Source: an uncultured Planctomycetota bacterium
Lineage (GTDB): Bacteria; Planctomycetota; Planctomycetia; Isosphaerales; Isosphaeraceae
Direction of reading: 5' to 3'
Assembly (NCBI GenBank): GCA_963823665.1
Contig: CAWGMQ010000010.1
Span: 1,344,001 to 1,408,000, forward strand
DNA length: 64,000 nt
Shown here: piece after piece, positions 19,942 to 32,294 of the stretch
How positions within the stretch are numbered: position 1 is the first letter of the stretch
Layout: each line of letters begins with the position of its first letter
The notes under the pieces: generated by a model
What the model saw: only the letters and a program-made list of their open reading frames with translations
Databases searched by the model: none
What the model was told of the DNA's origin: nothing
Position numbers and translations under genes: made by a program

Positions 19942-22900
19942 ATGATCCTGAAGCTTTCTGGTCGCGTGCTCGGTCGTAGCGCCGGGCACGTGCGAGGCCG
20001 CCGCAACGACCGCGGAGCAAGGGAATTCTGGCTCTCCGCCGAGTTTCTCGAGCAACGCTGCCTCTTGAGCGATCTGCCTTTGCAAGCACCGTCCGTCGCC
20101 ACTTCTGCCTACACACTTCCGATCGCCTTCGAGCCCAACCAGGGCCAGACCGATCCGCAAGTCAATTACCTTGCGCACGGCGCCGGCTACACGCTCTTTC
20201 TTTCAGAAAGTGCCGCCACGCTCACGCTGCAAGCCGGAAACGACACGTCCGAGGGCATCGCCCTGCGCATGCAGCTTCTGGGCGCCAGTGCCGCCGCCGA
20301 GTCCGCCGCACTTGTTCCCACCGGCGGGATGAGCAACTACTTCATCGGCAACGATCAATCACAGTGGCATACGAATATTCCAACTTACGGCAAGGTGGAG
20401 TACCAGAATGTATATCCTGGTGTGAGCCTCGACTATTACGGCAACCAGGGGATGCTCGAATATGATTTCACGGTCTCGCCCGGCATCTCTCCCGGCGTGA
20501 TCAGGTTCGCCATCCAAGGGGCCCAGTCCGTCACGCTCGACGCGCAGGGAGAACCTCGTCCTCGGCCTGCCGGGCGGCCCTCTGATCGAGCATGCGCCAC
20601 CCTGTATCAGACGATCGATGGCGTCCCGCACGACGTGCCCGGCGGATTCGTGCTTTCCGCCGGCGATCAGGTCGGCTTCCAGGTCGGCGCCTACGACACG
20701 GCGCTGCCTCTCGTGATTGACCCCACACTCGCCTACTCGACCTATCTGGGCGGCAGCCTGGGCGACAAGGCCACGGCCGTCGCGGTCGACCAGGCCGGAG
20801 ACGCCTACGTCACCGGCGAGACCGGCTCAAACGACTTCCCGATCACGACGGGCGCCTATGACAACAAGCTCAACGGCAGCGGCACACCGGGAAACACCGT
20901 GACCGACGTCTTTGTCACCAAGTTCAACCCCTCCGGCCAACTGGTTTATTCGACATACCTCGGGGGTGGAGACCGACGACCACGGCACCGGAATCGCAAT
21001 TCTCAACGGCAACGCGTACGTGACCGGCTGGACCGACTCCACCGATTTCCCCACGACGTCCGGCGTACTCGAGCGGTCCTTCAGCGGTGGCACCGCGCCC
21101 GGCGATGGCTTCGTGACCGAGCTGAACTCCACCGGCACCGCCCTTGTCTATTCAACCTACTTGGGCGGCAGCGACTCCGACCAGCCCAATGCAATCGCCG
21201 TGGATAGCGCGGGCGACGCCTATGTGGTCGGAGAGACCGAGTCGGACAACTTCCCGACCAAGAACCCGCTCCAGACATCCAACGGCGACGAGGACGGCTT
21301 TCTGGTGAAGCTGAACCCGACCGGCACTGCCCTCGTCTATGGGACCTACATAACAGGAATCGGCGACGACGCAGTGAACGCCGATGCGTACGGCGTCGCC
21401 GTCGATCCCAGCAACGAGGCGATCGTCGTCGGTGGCACACAATCCGCCGTCTTCCCCATCACGCCCAATGCCTACCAGACCACGAACAACGGGGCAAGTA
21501 ACGCCAGTGACAACGCGTTCGTGACCAAGTTCAACGCCGCCGGCACCGGCCTTATCTATTCGACCTTCCTGGGTGGATCGGTCATGGACGACGCCTACGC
21601 CGTCGCAACCGACAGTTCTGGTGACGCGTACGTCACCGGCGAGACCTTCTCGTCCGATTTCCCGGTCACTCCCGACGCCGCCCAGAGCGTCTTCAGTTAC
21701 ATCGATACGTTCGGGCTCTCCAACGCCTTCGTGGCCAAACTCGCCCCCTATGGCGGGCTGCTCTACTCCACATTCCTGGGCGGCGGCGGTCTGGATTCCT
21801 CTGCCGGAGGCCAGGCGATCGCCGTCGATAGCCAGGGCGACGCCTACGTGACCGGCTTCACCGCCGACACATCGACTCCGTTCCCGACCGTGAACGCCTT
21901 CGAGCCCGACAAGCCCGGCGACTACGACGCGTTCGTGACAGAGGTTAGTCCCGACGGCTCAAACTTCCTCTATTCGAGCTATCTCGGCGGCGTGACCGCT
22001 GACTACGGCTTCGGAATCGGCGTGGACGGGAACGGCAACGCCTACGTCGTGGGCGAGACGACGAGCACTGCACAGGCGGACGGCGGCACGCTCGCCACTT
22101 TTCCAACGGTCAATGCGATCAAGACGACGCCACCCCCCGCTGGCGAAACCAACGGCTTCGTCACCCGCGTCAACCTGCTCGATCCCGGAGCGGGCACCTT
22201 CCGGTACAGCGTGGACGGCGAGGCAATCTTCCAGACCACCGAAGCCGCCGGATTCGTGACGATCGAGGTTACACGCTCCGGTGGCGACACCGCGGCGGCG
22301 GATGTCAGCTATTCGACCAGCAATGGTACCGGAACAGGCGCCGCCAAGGCCGGCACCAACTACACCGCGACGTCGGGCACGCTCGATTTCGCCCAGGGCC
22401 AGACGACCGCGACATTCAATGTTCCCATCCTGGACGACGGCAAGAACGACGGCGTGCCATACCTTGTTTTCAACGTGGCGCTCTCGGGAGCGACCAACGG
22501 CGCCACGATCGACTCGACGTACGGCACCGGCAAGGTCTGGGTCTACGACATCGAAACGACCAACACCGACAACGACCTCTACGAAGACGCAATCCCGCTT
22601 GCCGGAAGTGTCGTGACAGCCACCGGGTCCAACGTGGGCTACACCTCGAACACGGGATTGGAGTCCGGCGGCGACCCCTACGACATCTACGACTATCCGG
22701 TCACCGACTCCAAGAGCGTCTCCAACCCCAAGAACGACGGCGGAGCCTCCGCCTGGTGGATCTGGTCGCCCCCCGCAAGCGGTATCGCCACCATCGACAC
22801 ATTCGGCAGCAACTTCGACACGCTGCTCACCGTGGCAGAGACAGACCTCACCGTGGAATCGAATCTGGGCGGCGGCCACTTGATCGAGAATGACGACGCC

Positions 22901-25900
22901 CCGGGCATCGGCGACGGCACCAGCGAAGTCACATTTTTCGCCCAGCAAGGCGTTGCGTACCGGATCGACGTCCAGGGCTACGACTCAGGCGGCGGGCCGG
23001 CTGAGGGCAACATCGTCCTCCATATCAACGGGCAAGCGCCGGGCTCGGTGCAGTTCACGGAGCCGTCGTACGACATCGGCGAAAACGACGGCGAGATCGC
23101 CATTCCGGTCACACGCTCAGGCGGCAGCGCAGGCGCCGTCTCTGTGCAGGTGGTCACCGGCAGCAGCAGCGACACCGCCGTGGCTGGTGTCGACTACACC
23201 GCCGTCACGCAGACCCTCACCTGGGCAGCGGGTGATATGAGCACTCAGGATATCGTGATTCCCATCCTCAATCATCACGCCTCCGGCAATAGCCCGACGT
23301 TTACCGTCACACTGGAGAACCCAACCGGTGATGTCGGAATCGGCTCTCCCAGTTCCACGCAAGTCGTTATTTTCCAGCCTTCCTTCCCAGCCGGAACGAT
23401 CTCTCTGGGCGGCACCAGCTTCACGGTGAATGAAGACGCTGGCAGTGTCGAGATTCCCGTCGATCGTTCCAATGAAGGCGAAGAGATCGCGGTTTCCGTG
23501 CAGATCGCGACGGGCGGTGGTACGGCCGTGGCCGGCACCGACTACTCGAGTGTCAGCCAGACACTCTTCTGGACCGATGCCGTTCCGAACGGCGTCGACA
23601 CGATCACGATTCCCATCCTTGATCGCGGTCTGACCAGCGGATCGAAAACCGTCAATATCACCATCTCGAGCCCGACCGACGGCGCAGCTCTCGCCGCGCC
23701 CACCACGGCTGTCTTGACGATCAACGACAACGACCCCGCCGCCGGCACGATCGCGCTCGGTCAGGCGACGTTCAGCGCCAACGAAAACGCCGGTAGCATC
23801 TCCATCCCCGTCACGCGCAAAGCCGGCAGCACCGGTGCCGTCTCGGTCCAGCTCAGCACCAGCGACGGAACGGCCGTTGCTGGCCTCGACTACACCGCCG
23901 TCAGCCAGACCATCAACTGGGCCGCCGGCGATTCAAGCACCAAGACCGTGAGCATTCCGATCACCGATCGCGGTCTCTCAACCGGATCGAAGACATTCAA
24001 CATCACGCTGACAAATCTGATCGGAGGCGCTGTTTCCGTCAATCCCAGCACGGCGGTCTTGACCATCGCCGATAACGACACCGCCTCAGGCGCAATCGCG
24101 CTCGGCTCCGCAACCTACAGCGTGAACGAAAACGGCGGCAGCATCTCGATCCCGGTGTCGCGCACCGGCGGCACAAGCGGCGCGGTCTCGGTCAAGTTCA
24201 GCACGAGCGACGGCACCGGCGTCGCGGGCACCGATTACACGGCTGTCACCCAGACCCTCAACTGGGCGGCCGGCGTTTCGAGCACACAAAACGTCAGCAT
24301 TCCTATCTTGGATCGCGGCCTCACCAGTGGCTCGAAAACCGTCAACATCACGCTTTCAAGCGCCTCGGGCGGCGCCACGCTCGGCAGCCCGAGCACCGCT
24401 GTCCTGACCATCGCGGACAACGATCCCACGCCCGGCGCGCTGGCGCTGGGCGCCGCCACCTACAGCGTGAACGAGAACGGCGGCAGCATCTCGATCCCGG
24501 TGTCGCGCACCGGTGGCTCCAGCGGCGCGGTCTCGGTCAAGTTCAGCACGAGCGACGGCACCGGCGTCGCGGGCACCGATTACACGGCTGTCACCCAGAC
24601 CCTCAACTGGGCGGCCGGCGTTTCGAGCACACAAAACGTCAGCATTCCTATCTTGGATCGCGGCCTCACCAGTGGCTCGAAAACCGTCAACATCACGCTT
24701 TCAAGCGCCTCGGGCGGCGCCACGCTCGGCAGCCCGAGCACCGCTGTCTTGACCATCATGGACAACGATCCCACGCCCGGCGCTGGCGCTGCGGCGCCGC
24801 CACCTACAGCGTGAACGAGAACGGCGGCAGCATCTCGATCCCGGTGTCGCGCACCGGCGGCACAAGCGGCGCGGTCTCGGTCAAGTTCAGCACGAGCGAC
24901 GGCACCGGCGTCGCGGGCACCGATTACACGGCTGTCACCCAGACCCTCAACTGGGCGGCCGGCGTTTCGAGCACACAAAACGTCAGCATTCCTATCTTGG
25001 ATCGCGGCCTCACCAGTGGCTCGAAAACCGTCAACATCACGCTTTCAAGCGCCTCGGGCGGCGCCACGCTCGGCAGCCCCAGCACCGCTGTCTTGACCAT
25101 CATGGACAACGACCCCGCGCCCGGCGCACTTGCGCTCGGTGCCGCCACGTACAGCGTGAACGAGAACGGGGCCAGCATCTCGATCCCGGTCTCGCGCACC
25201 GGCGGCTTGAGCGGCGCCGTGTCGGTCAAGTTCAGCACCAGCAACGGCACCGGCGCGGCGGGCACCGACTACACCGCCGTCACCCAGACCCTCAACTGGG
25301 CCGCCGGTGATTCGAGCACCCAAAACGTCAGCATTCCCATCCTCGACCGCGGTTTGACCAGCGGCTCGAAGACAGTGAACCTCACGCTCTCGAGCGCCAC
25401 CGGCGGTGCCACGCTCGGCAGCCCCAGCACCGCTGTCTTGACCATCATCGACGATGACGGCGCGCCCGGCTCGCTCGCACTCAGCGCCGCCACGTTCAGC
25501 GTGAACGAGAACGGGGGCAGCGTCTCGATCCCGGTTTCGCGCACCGGCGGCTCAACCGGCGCGGTCTCGGTCGACTTCACCACGAGCAACGGCACGGGCG
25601 TGGCAGGCACCGATTACACGACTGTCACCCAGACTCTCAACTGGGCCTCCGGTGACGCGAGCACGAAGAACGTCAGCATTCCGATCCTCGACCGCGGACT
25701 GACCAGCGGGTCGAAGACCGTGAACATCGCGATTTCGACTCCCAAGGGAGGCGCAACACTCGGAAGTCCGAGCACGGCCGTTCTGACGATCGCGGATAAC
25801 GACGTCGCCCACGGCGCCCTCGCGCTCGGCGCCGCCACCTACAGCGTGAACGAAAACGGCGGCAGCATCTCGATCCCGGTTTCGCGCACCGGTGGCAGCG

Positions 25901-27258
25901 GTGGCGCGGTCTCTGTGCAGTTCAGCACCAACAACGGCACAGGCGCGGCGGGCACGGATTACACGAGCGTCACCCAGGTCCTCAACTGGGCCGATGGTAA
26001 TTCCAGCACACAGAACGTGACCATTCCGATCCTCGATCGCGGACTCACCAGCGGGTCGAAAACCGTCAACATCACGCTCAAGAGCCCGACCGGGGGAGTA
26101 ACGCTCGGCAGCCCGAGCACGGCTGTCCTGACTATCAATGATAATGACGCCGTTCCCGCATCGCTCCAGTTCAGCGCTTCCACGTACAGCGTGAGCGAAG
26201 ACGCAGGGAGCATCACAATTCTGGTGACTCGCACCCAGGGCAGCACCGGCGCCGTCTCGGTTCAGTTCCACACGAGCAACGGCACAGCGCAGGCCGGCAT
26301 CGACTATACGGCGGTCACCCAGACCCTCAACTGGTCCGCCGGCGACACGAGCACGAAACAGGTCAGTATCCCCGTCCTCGACAACCCCCAGGCCACCGGC
26401 GACGAGACCATCAACTTGAATCTGAGCAACCCCGCGTCGGGCGCATTCCTCGGCACGCCCAGTGCCGCCACCTTGACGATCCACGCCGTGAAAGCCGTGC
26501 TCCAGTTCGCTCACAGCCAATTCAGCGCAAACGTATTGGACGGTGACGCGACATTGTCGCTCTCCCGCACAGGCAACCTTCTCGACGCGGTAACCGTGGT
26601 TGTGCAGAGCCCCGGCGGGTCGGCGATCGCCCCCTTCCAGAAGTCGATCACCTTCGCCGCCAACGCACAGACCGCGACCTTCACGGTCCCGATCCAGAAC
26701 AACGGCGTGCCCGGCCAGAGCGACGTCACCGTTCCGCTCTCACTCTCATCTCCGGGTTCGGGCGCATCGCTCGGCACCACGGTTTCCGCCAGCCTGGTCA
26801 TTCACGACAACAACCCGTTCCCGCCGCCCGTGACGGCCTCCCTCCAACTGGCGACGGCGGCGATCAAGATGGGCAAAGGGAAGAAGGCGAAGACGAAGAA
26901 GGAGACCGTGCTCGAGCTCACGTTCACAGGCCCCGTCTCGGGCGCCGGCAACCTGGGCGCATATCAGCTCTTCTCCGGCAAGACGAACAAGAAGCACGTC
27001 ACGACATTCAACAAACGCGTGACTCTGAGTTCGGCTCTCTTCACCGCCGGGACCGCAAGCTCGAGCGTGATGCTCATCCCCAAGAGCGCGCTCAACCTCG
27101 CCGTGCCCGAGCAACTGACCGTTATCTCAGCAGACCTCACCGACTCCTTCGGCCGCCCCCTCGATGGCGGCCAGAACTTCATCGCCACCTTCAGCAAGAA
27201 GACGGGCGTGACCGTCACCGCCGCGCGGCTCGAAAGCAGCCCGCCAGCCTCTCCGTAG
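19942..27258 (+). CDS. Large extracellular protein: planctomycete LE-x-R-x-LLS motif, SBBP beta-propeller repeats, PPC-like domain, tandem Calx-beta domains, Lys-rich C-terminal domain; frameshifts near 20550, 20970 and 24790
   Basis: EFLEQRCLLS; FEPNQGQ, LEYDF, LVIDP, repeated YSTYLGG and AVD..GDAYVTG; NFDTLL..ENDD; repeated V.E....I.V.R.GG..GAVSV...T..GTA.AG.DY. ORFs 19840..21207, 20912..24814, 24811..27258. Confidence 0.88.
23069..26520 (+). repeat. Ten tandem Calx-beta coding repeats (345-351 bp period)
   Basis: Unit anchors at 23069, 23420, 23771, 24116, 24461, 24805, 25150, 25495, 25840, 26185. The units at 24116, 24461 and 24805 are nearly identical in DNA. Confidence 0.92.
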
Positions 27259-27276
27259 GGTCCGCCTTTGCGGACC
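27255..27276 (+). repeat. GTAG-type REP-like palindrome, copy 1
   Basis: GTAGGGTCCGC-CTTT-GCGGACC; its TAG is the stop codon of the Calx-beta gene. Confidence 0.75.
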
Positions 27277-27300
27277 GTCTTGATCCAACGATGCGCAGAT

Positions 27301-27624
27301 CTATCGAATCGCCAGCAAGTACACCAGGAGCGCCAGGCAGACCATCACGATGACGACGCGCGAACCCCATTTCGTGAGTCCCTTTGCGCGGAAGTCTCTG
27401 AGTGACCGGGCAGTTCCCGCTCGATGAATTCATCGTATTCAAGATCATCGTCATCATCACCGCCGTAGCCGGCCGGGATACCCGCCTCCCACACATGAGC
27501 GTCTTCGCTCCATCCGGTTCTCGTTATCCGAGCCGCACTCGCGACAAGCGGCCGCGCTCACTGACACGTCAGCCCCACAATGCGGGCAAACGAAGAAGTC
27601 TTCCTTGCGTTTGCGGCGATTCAT
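27301..27624 (-). CDS. Small zinc-ribbon protein with acidic linker and C-terminal TM helix (two frameshifts)
   Basis: CPHCG...CRECGSD, then shifted TGWSEDA..DDDDDLEYDEFIEREL, then shifted KWGSRVVIVMVCLALLVYLLAIR-stop. Confidence 0.65.
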
Positions 27625-27726
27625 CACGATCCGCCCTTCCGTTCTTCCAACCCATGATTCTGGTTCATCCACCAGGTTTGCGCGACATCTGATCATACCA
27701 AGATCATCCCGGCGACAGGCGATGTC

Positions 27727-27748
27727 GTAGGGTCCGCCGTTGCGGACC
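27727..27748 (+). repeat. GTAG-type REP-like palindrome, copy 2
   Basis: GTAGGGTCCGC-CGTT-GCGGACC, intergenic. Confidence 0.75.
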
Positions 27749-27803
27749 ATCTGCTAAGATGTGTTACAAATCGATCCGCCGTCACGGTCGAGGAGGATGT
27801 CCC

Positions 27804-28994
27804 ATGAGCACCCAACGGCTGTCAACATTCGGATTCGCCGCGGCCCTTTGCCTGGTCCTCACACCCGCAGCGATCGGAATGTTCGCGCTGCTGGAAATCC
27901 AGAAGGTTCCGGTGGAGCGACTCGTGACCAATCTGGAAGCGAAGATCAAGAATGATCCAACGGACGCCAAGAGCGTCATGAATCTGGCGCGAGTGCACGG
28001 CATGGCGTACGCGCTCAAGACCGAGAGTGCCGACCTGGTCAAAGACCATGAAGATTGGGGGCCCTGGTTCGGCTACCTGCCGAAATCTGTCCCGTTCAAC
28101 AAGATCAAGCAAACCGAAGATAAGGAACAACAACGAGCGGCCAAGCTGCATCTGTCCAAGGCAATCCTGGGCTTCCGTGAGGCGATCAAGCTCGAGCCCG
28201 ACAACATGGTGGCACGCCTCGGTCTGGCCTGGACCCTCGAAAAATCGGGTGAGAAGTCCATCGCGATCAAGCAATACCGCGCGCTCATCGCGGATGCCTG
28301 GAAAAAAGAGAAGTCCTTGCGCTCCATCCCGATGAACGGCGAAACCATCGTCAGCGAGGCTTCCGACTACCTCATCCCGCTCCTCGACAAGGAGAAGGAC
28401 GAGGACGAAATCGCCACGCTCCGGACGCGAGCCGCGGGGCTGCGAAGGTTGCCGCGCCCCATCACGCCTGTCGCCGTGCCGCTGCGCGATGGATTGCGGG
28501 CGGGCGACATCCTCGATCCCCACGCAGCCGTCGCCTTCGACGCCGACGGGTCCGGTCTGAAAGGGCGCTGGACCTGGATCACCAAAGACGCAGGCTGGCT
28601 AGTTTATGACCCCAAGAACGAGCGCCGGATCACCTCCGGATTGCAGCTCTTCGGCAGTGTGACCTTCTTCCTCTTCTGGAACACCGGCTACGACGCGCTC
28701 TCAGCACTCGACGATAATCGCGATGGCTCGCTCACCGGCAGCGAGCTAACCGGCCTTGCGATCTGGGAAGATTCGCGCAACCCCGGCGTCTGCGACCCCA
28801 GCGAGGTGAAACCGCTTTCGGAATATGGGATCGTCGCCGTCTCATGCCGCTTCGATCGCGACCCAAGTCATCCCGACCGGATCGCTTTCTCCCCAGGTGG
28901 CGTGACTTTCCGTGACGGCAGCACGCGTCCAACGTTCGACGTCATTCTGAAGCCAATCGACCGACCTGTTGCAAGTGTAAAGGCGCACCGATAA
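27804..28994 (+). CDS. Exported TPR protein with C-terminal FrpC self-processing-module (SPM)-like Ca-binding domain
   Basis: AGGAGG RBS, hydrophobic leader, TPR helices (EAIKLEPDN.VARLGLAW), then TP..FDADG..W..D.G.LV.D..LFG..GYDALSALDDNRDG..LAIWED..GI..T.RDG.T..D. Confidence 0.7.
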   Translation: MSTQRLSTFGFAAALCLVLTPAAIGMFALLEIQKVPVERLVTNLEAKIKNDPTDAKSVMNLARVHGMAYALKTESADLVKDHEDWGPWFGYLPKSVPFNKIKQTEDKEQQRAAKLHLSKAILGFREAIKLEPDNMVARLGLAWTLEKSGEKSIAIKQYRALIADAWKKEKSLRSIPMNGETIVSEASDYLIPLLDKEKDEDEIATLRTRAAGLRRLPRPITPVAVPLRDGLRAGDILDPHAAVAFDADGSGLKGRWTWITKDAGWLVYDPKNERRITSGLQLFGSVTFFLFWNTGYDALSALDDNRDGSLTGSELTGLAIWEDSRNPGVCDPSEVKPLSEYGIVAVSCRFDRDPSHPDRIAFSPGGVTFRDGSTRPTFDVILKPIDRPVASVKAHR

Positions 28995-29079
28995 CACTTG
29001 CGATGTTCCGATCTGATCCTCGTTGGCTGGCCCGTAACCGCCAGCCGGCTCTTCTGCGTAATTGAGCGAGGTCGACGCC

Positions 29080-32000
29080 ATGCCCTCAAGCGAGATCACC
29101 TGTTGCTTTTGTCAGGCCACCTTCCCTGCGCCTCCCGGGAAACGGGGCACCACTTTCAAATGTCCGAAATGCGGAGGGCGCTCGCGCGAGCGCCGGAAGA
29201 GCTGAGCAAGGGCGCCAAGGGGCGCTCCGCAGCGATTCGACTCGCTCTCGTTGTCGTCGCAGTGCCTGCACTGGCCGTTGCCGGGATCAAGATCTACACG
29301 ACCATTGCGGAGGAACTCAAGAAGCCGGAGCCGCCTCCCAGGCCCGCCGCGCCAGGTACAGCCGGCTTCGACAGGCAAACCGGCCCAAGCGACGGACAAA
29401 CCGGCCCAAGCGACTCGGGAATGGTCACGGCCCGCAGCCGCGTGTCGGTCTACCCGCCGGCGGCCGGCACGGCAGCGCCAGCAACGATCGCGCTCGGAAT
29501 GCCGTTCGCCGCCCAGGCGCCCGGGTTCAGCAGGAGCGCACGGGCAGGAATTCTGGAGCGCGAGCTGATCCGGCAAGCTTTCCTGCTCGCGGCCCGCGAC
29601 GAGCTGGGCCTGCTCACCCGGGACGAGGTGCTGGGAGAACGGTCGAACCCCGCGGCGCAAGAGACTCCGGTGCCGATATCTCCACGATCTCATGGCAAGG
29701 CGGATTGATCCGTCTCGTCATCCGCCCGTCGGAGGGACTTGAGAGCGAATCGCTGCTCGACCGCGATCTGACCAAAACGGCCGCCGCAGCCGGCGAGCCT
29801 TCAAGCGGCGACCCGGCTCCCGAAGACCTGGCCAATCTGACCGAACGGACCGAGGAGCTCTCGCGAAAGGAGCTGCCTGCAGTCCTGCAAAAGCTCGGCC
29901 TCCGCGGCAAGCCGAACCTGGTGAAGCCTGACGCAGCAGTGCCCTTTTTGATCGAGAATCGACTCTCCGGCCTCGGGTTCACCGAGGTCTTCGCGGCAAT
30001 TAAAGATCTGCATGCGCTGATCCGTGCCGATGGTGAATCGCCCGTTCGCGTGGGGGCCCTGGTTCGCGGCTACGCCCTCCTGGGTTTGCTGTCCGAGTTC
30101 CAGTGGCATCCCGCGCACAAGGCCTACAAAGCCCGTTCGCTCTTGTATGCTCAGCGGCTCTTCGCGCGCGGGCCGAAAGATCCATGGGGGCTTTGGCACA
30201 GGGCTTTTGCCGAAGCGATTGTGGGACTGCACAAGGACGCGATCGCGGACCTGAGGGCTGCCGAGACAGCGCACGAGGCGTCCGGGAAAACGCTTCGACC
30301 TTCCTGGGTCGACGCAATCTCCGCACTCGCACGCTGTGATGCCACGGCGCTGCAAGCCAGGGGAGGTCCACATTCGAAGCTTCAGTCCCTTCTCCGAATG
30401 ACGTTGCTCGAATTCCCCGCGGCGCCCAACGTCACGCTGCCGGCTGCTTCCGACGTCATCAAGCTCGAGCCCGACTGCTATCGGGCGATCGACGCCATGT
30501 GTGCGATCCGGGCGGTATCGACCCTTCACGTCGTGACGCTGCTCGGCCCTCAAACACTTGAAGAAGCGCTGCCGAAAAAGCTCAGCGCGATCGAGTCGCT
30601 GCCGCCTGCCGTACAGGCATTCCTGAAAAAGCCGGAGGGTGGCTCGATCGAGCTGGCGGGGCTGCTCGAGCAAGCCGCCGCACGGGGCCAGGATGCCGGC
30701 GAGTTGTCATGGAGCGCGCTCGGGCACCTGATCCGCGAAACCCAGTTCATCCACGTCTATCGCCGGCTTCTGTTCATGAAGGTCATCTGGAGCGTGCCGG
30801 TCGATGATTTCTGGTCCGAGGCGCGGGGCTGGGTCGCCGGCCATCCGCTCGAGCCTTTGCTCGCGGCACTCGCTAGAGCCTCGGTCCCTGCGAGTCAGCA
30901 ATTCAGTTCTCTGAGTATGGAAAATCTTGAACCGCCAGCAGCCGAGCTGTTTCGGCTCAATGACAGGGTGCTCAGCCCCCGCACGCCTCTATTTACCGCG
31001 TCGACGGACAATCATTCCGACCACGTCGTGCGCGACATCTCGCTCAGAATGCGTAACTTCCTGGAGGGACAGGGTGCCCTTGATATCGCCGCATCCGCCA
31101 GGTTGCTTCTGGCCGTCAGCCCGCACTCGCAGTATGCCAGAGGCAACCTGATCGAACACGACTGGGAACTCGCGAAGTCGCACCTGGCGGAATGGGAAAA
31201 GGAAGCCGCTGGCTCGCCGACACTCCTGGGTGCGATCGCCCGACGCTATCAGGCCATGGGAAAGACCGACGCCGCCGAGCGATTGCTCGCCGAGTACATC
31301 AAGCTGTCGCCCGACTACTGGGCGTTCGAGATGCTGGCCGCGATCTTCAAGAAAAAGGGCGATGAGGCCCGCTGGCTCGAAGTCCTCGAGAAGTTTCTGA
31401 AGGAAGGGGGCGACCCCGGTCTTGATCAGGCCCGCGTCCGCGTCGAGCTCGCCAATCACTACATGAGCCAAAAACAGTGGGACAAGGCCAGGCCCTATGC
31501 AGACGCCGCCGCCACCACCGGTGCGGGCTGGGCGATGATTTGCGCTCAAACCTGCGCGGAAGGCCGTAAGGATTGGGCCCAGGCAGAGCAGTGGGCCCGC
31601 GCGACCAGCGAGCGTTACCCGGCAGAGGCCTGGGATCGTTGGTACGTTCTGTGCAAGGCAAGCGGCACCGGCGACGTTGAAGCGGCCTTCGCGTTCACCA
31701 ATCAGTGGGTCACCGACAACGTCCAGGGAGCCTCGCCCGACTCTCTCGCTCGAATCGCCTCGTTCTACGTGGCCAGCGAAGAGCCCCAGAAAGCCCTGCC
31801 GATCTTTCGCCAGTTATACGCGTCGTCGCCGTCAACCGCGGGTTGCGCGATCGCCTGGCTCATTGCCGACCTGGTCGACGATCAAGCCGCCCGCGACGAG
31901 TATTTCTCGTTCATGGAAAACCGCCACAAGACCGATTCTCCCCACACGGCGGCGACCTGGCGGTTCTTTCGCCAGGCGCTCGATCGCGATGGTGGAAAAT

Positions 32001-32245
32001 CGCTCGACCTCGAGGCAATCGCCAAGGATCAGGAAGGGTCACATCCCAACAGCTTGTGGCTTCCCCATTTCATGATCGGGATGTTCCTCCAGAAGCACGG
32101 CAAGCCGATCGAGGCTCGGCAATACCTGGAAAAATCAGCCGAAAATCCCTACACAAACGCCTGGACCCTCGCCATCGTCCGCGACACGATCCGCAAGATC
32201 GACCAGAGCGCGAAAAACCCGAAGACCGCGCCCGCGGCTCCCTGA
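29080..32245 (+). CDS. Zn-finger / single-TM / large TPR-like helical protein; frameshifts near 29175 and 29690
   Basis: GAGGT RBS and ATG 29080 give MPSSEITCCFCQ...FKCPKCG. This joins the TM LALVVVAVPALAVAGI and then the 846-aa helical ORF 29705..32245. Confidence 0.65.
29376..29414 (+). repeat. Short in-frame direct repeat (period 21 bp) in a linker
   Basis: CAAACCGGCCCAAGCGAC occurs twice (QTGPSD). Confidence 0.8.
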
Positions 32246-32294
32246 AACCGCTTGTGGTCCTCACAAATCTCCTGCGGGTCCATCTCGCCCTACA

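Noticed and set aside
23069..26520. CRISPR or non-coding repeat array
   Set aside because: Units are ~345-bp in-frame protein domains with no unique spacers; no cas genes seen.
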